From NCBI GenBank assembly GCA_963843975.1, contig CAWJMG010000003.1, positions 2,310,001 to 2,342,000 of the forward strand: DNA of 32,000 bases, given 5' to 3'. The position numbers and the translations under genes were made by a program. This document shows, in pieces, positions 31,955-32,000 of the stretch. Source of the stretch: an uncultured Actinomycetes bacterium (lineage in GTDB: Bacteria > Actinomycetota > Actinomycetes > S36-B12 > CAIYMF01). Numbering within the stretch: position 1 is the first letter of the stretch; every line of letters begins with the position of its first letter. A model generated the notes under the pieces. It worked only from the letters and a program-made list of their open reading frames with translations. It had not been told where the DNA came from and did no database searches.

Positions 31955-32000
31955 GTGCTCGCCCGCCCCCGTCTCGCTGTCGTCGTGGTCGCCTGCGCGG
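31955..32000 (+). CDS. Possible 5' end of a CDS leaving the window (signal-peptide-like VLARPRLAVVVVACA...)
   Basis: The GTG is preceded by GAGGGGA 8 nt upstream, and third codon positions are GC-rich. Only 15 codons are visible. Confidence 0.3.
   Translation, partial: MLARPRLAVVVVACA

Overview
High-GC (over 70% by eye) actinobacterial chromosomal window, almost entirely coding. The centre is a minus-strand phosphate (Pst) transporter locus with a non-canonical layout: PHO-box-like repeats (20963-20995), a tandem-DUF1508/YegP-like gene, pstC, pstA, then 14.4 kb holding 11 genes for secreted or membrane/wall-anchored proteins, then pstB. The intervening block contains four groups. (1) Three PstS-family binding-protein paralogues; two have long G/S- or P/T-rich stalks and C-terminal TM anchors, and both of those show an apparent 1-nt frameshift just after the signal peptide. 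(2) A Csc-like trio: a WxL-type protein, a DUF916-like TM-anchored protein and an LAHTG-anchored Ig-like protein. (3) Three further proteins which, together with the WxL-type protein, share an unassigned two-cysteine N-terminal domain; one is LAQTG-anchored with a (TPTV)n stalk. (4) A sortase-fold protein whose catalytic His and Cys positions read GRQ and LISAEG. Flanking features are a large GT-C-like membrane protein, an MFS/APH-type pair and a secreted beta-helix-like protein preceded by a tandem PHO box. Next comes a three-level nested IS pile (IS256-family inside IS30-family inside IS481-family) at the 3' end of tRNA-Thr(UGU) with a 16-bp duplication. The window ends with a TetR-controlled membrane-protein pair and an SRPBCC/ArsR pair. 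Many long ORFs in the supplied track are GC-driven shadow frames and were not called. All family assignments come from reading motifs by eye; no database search was run.
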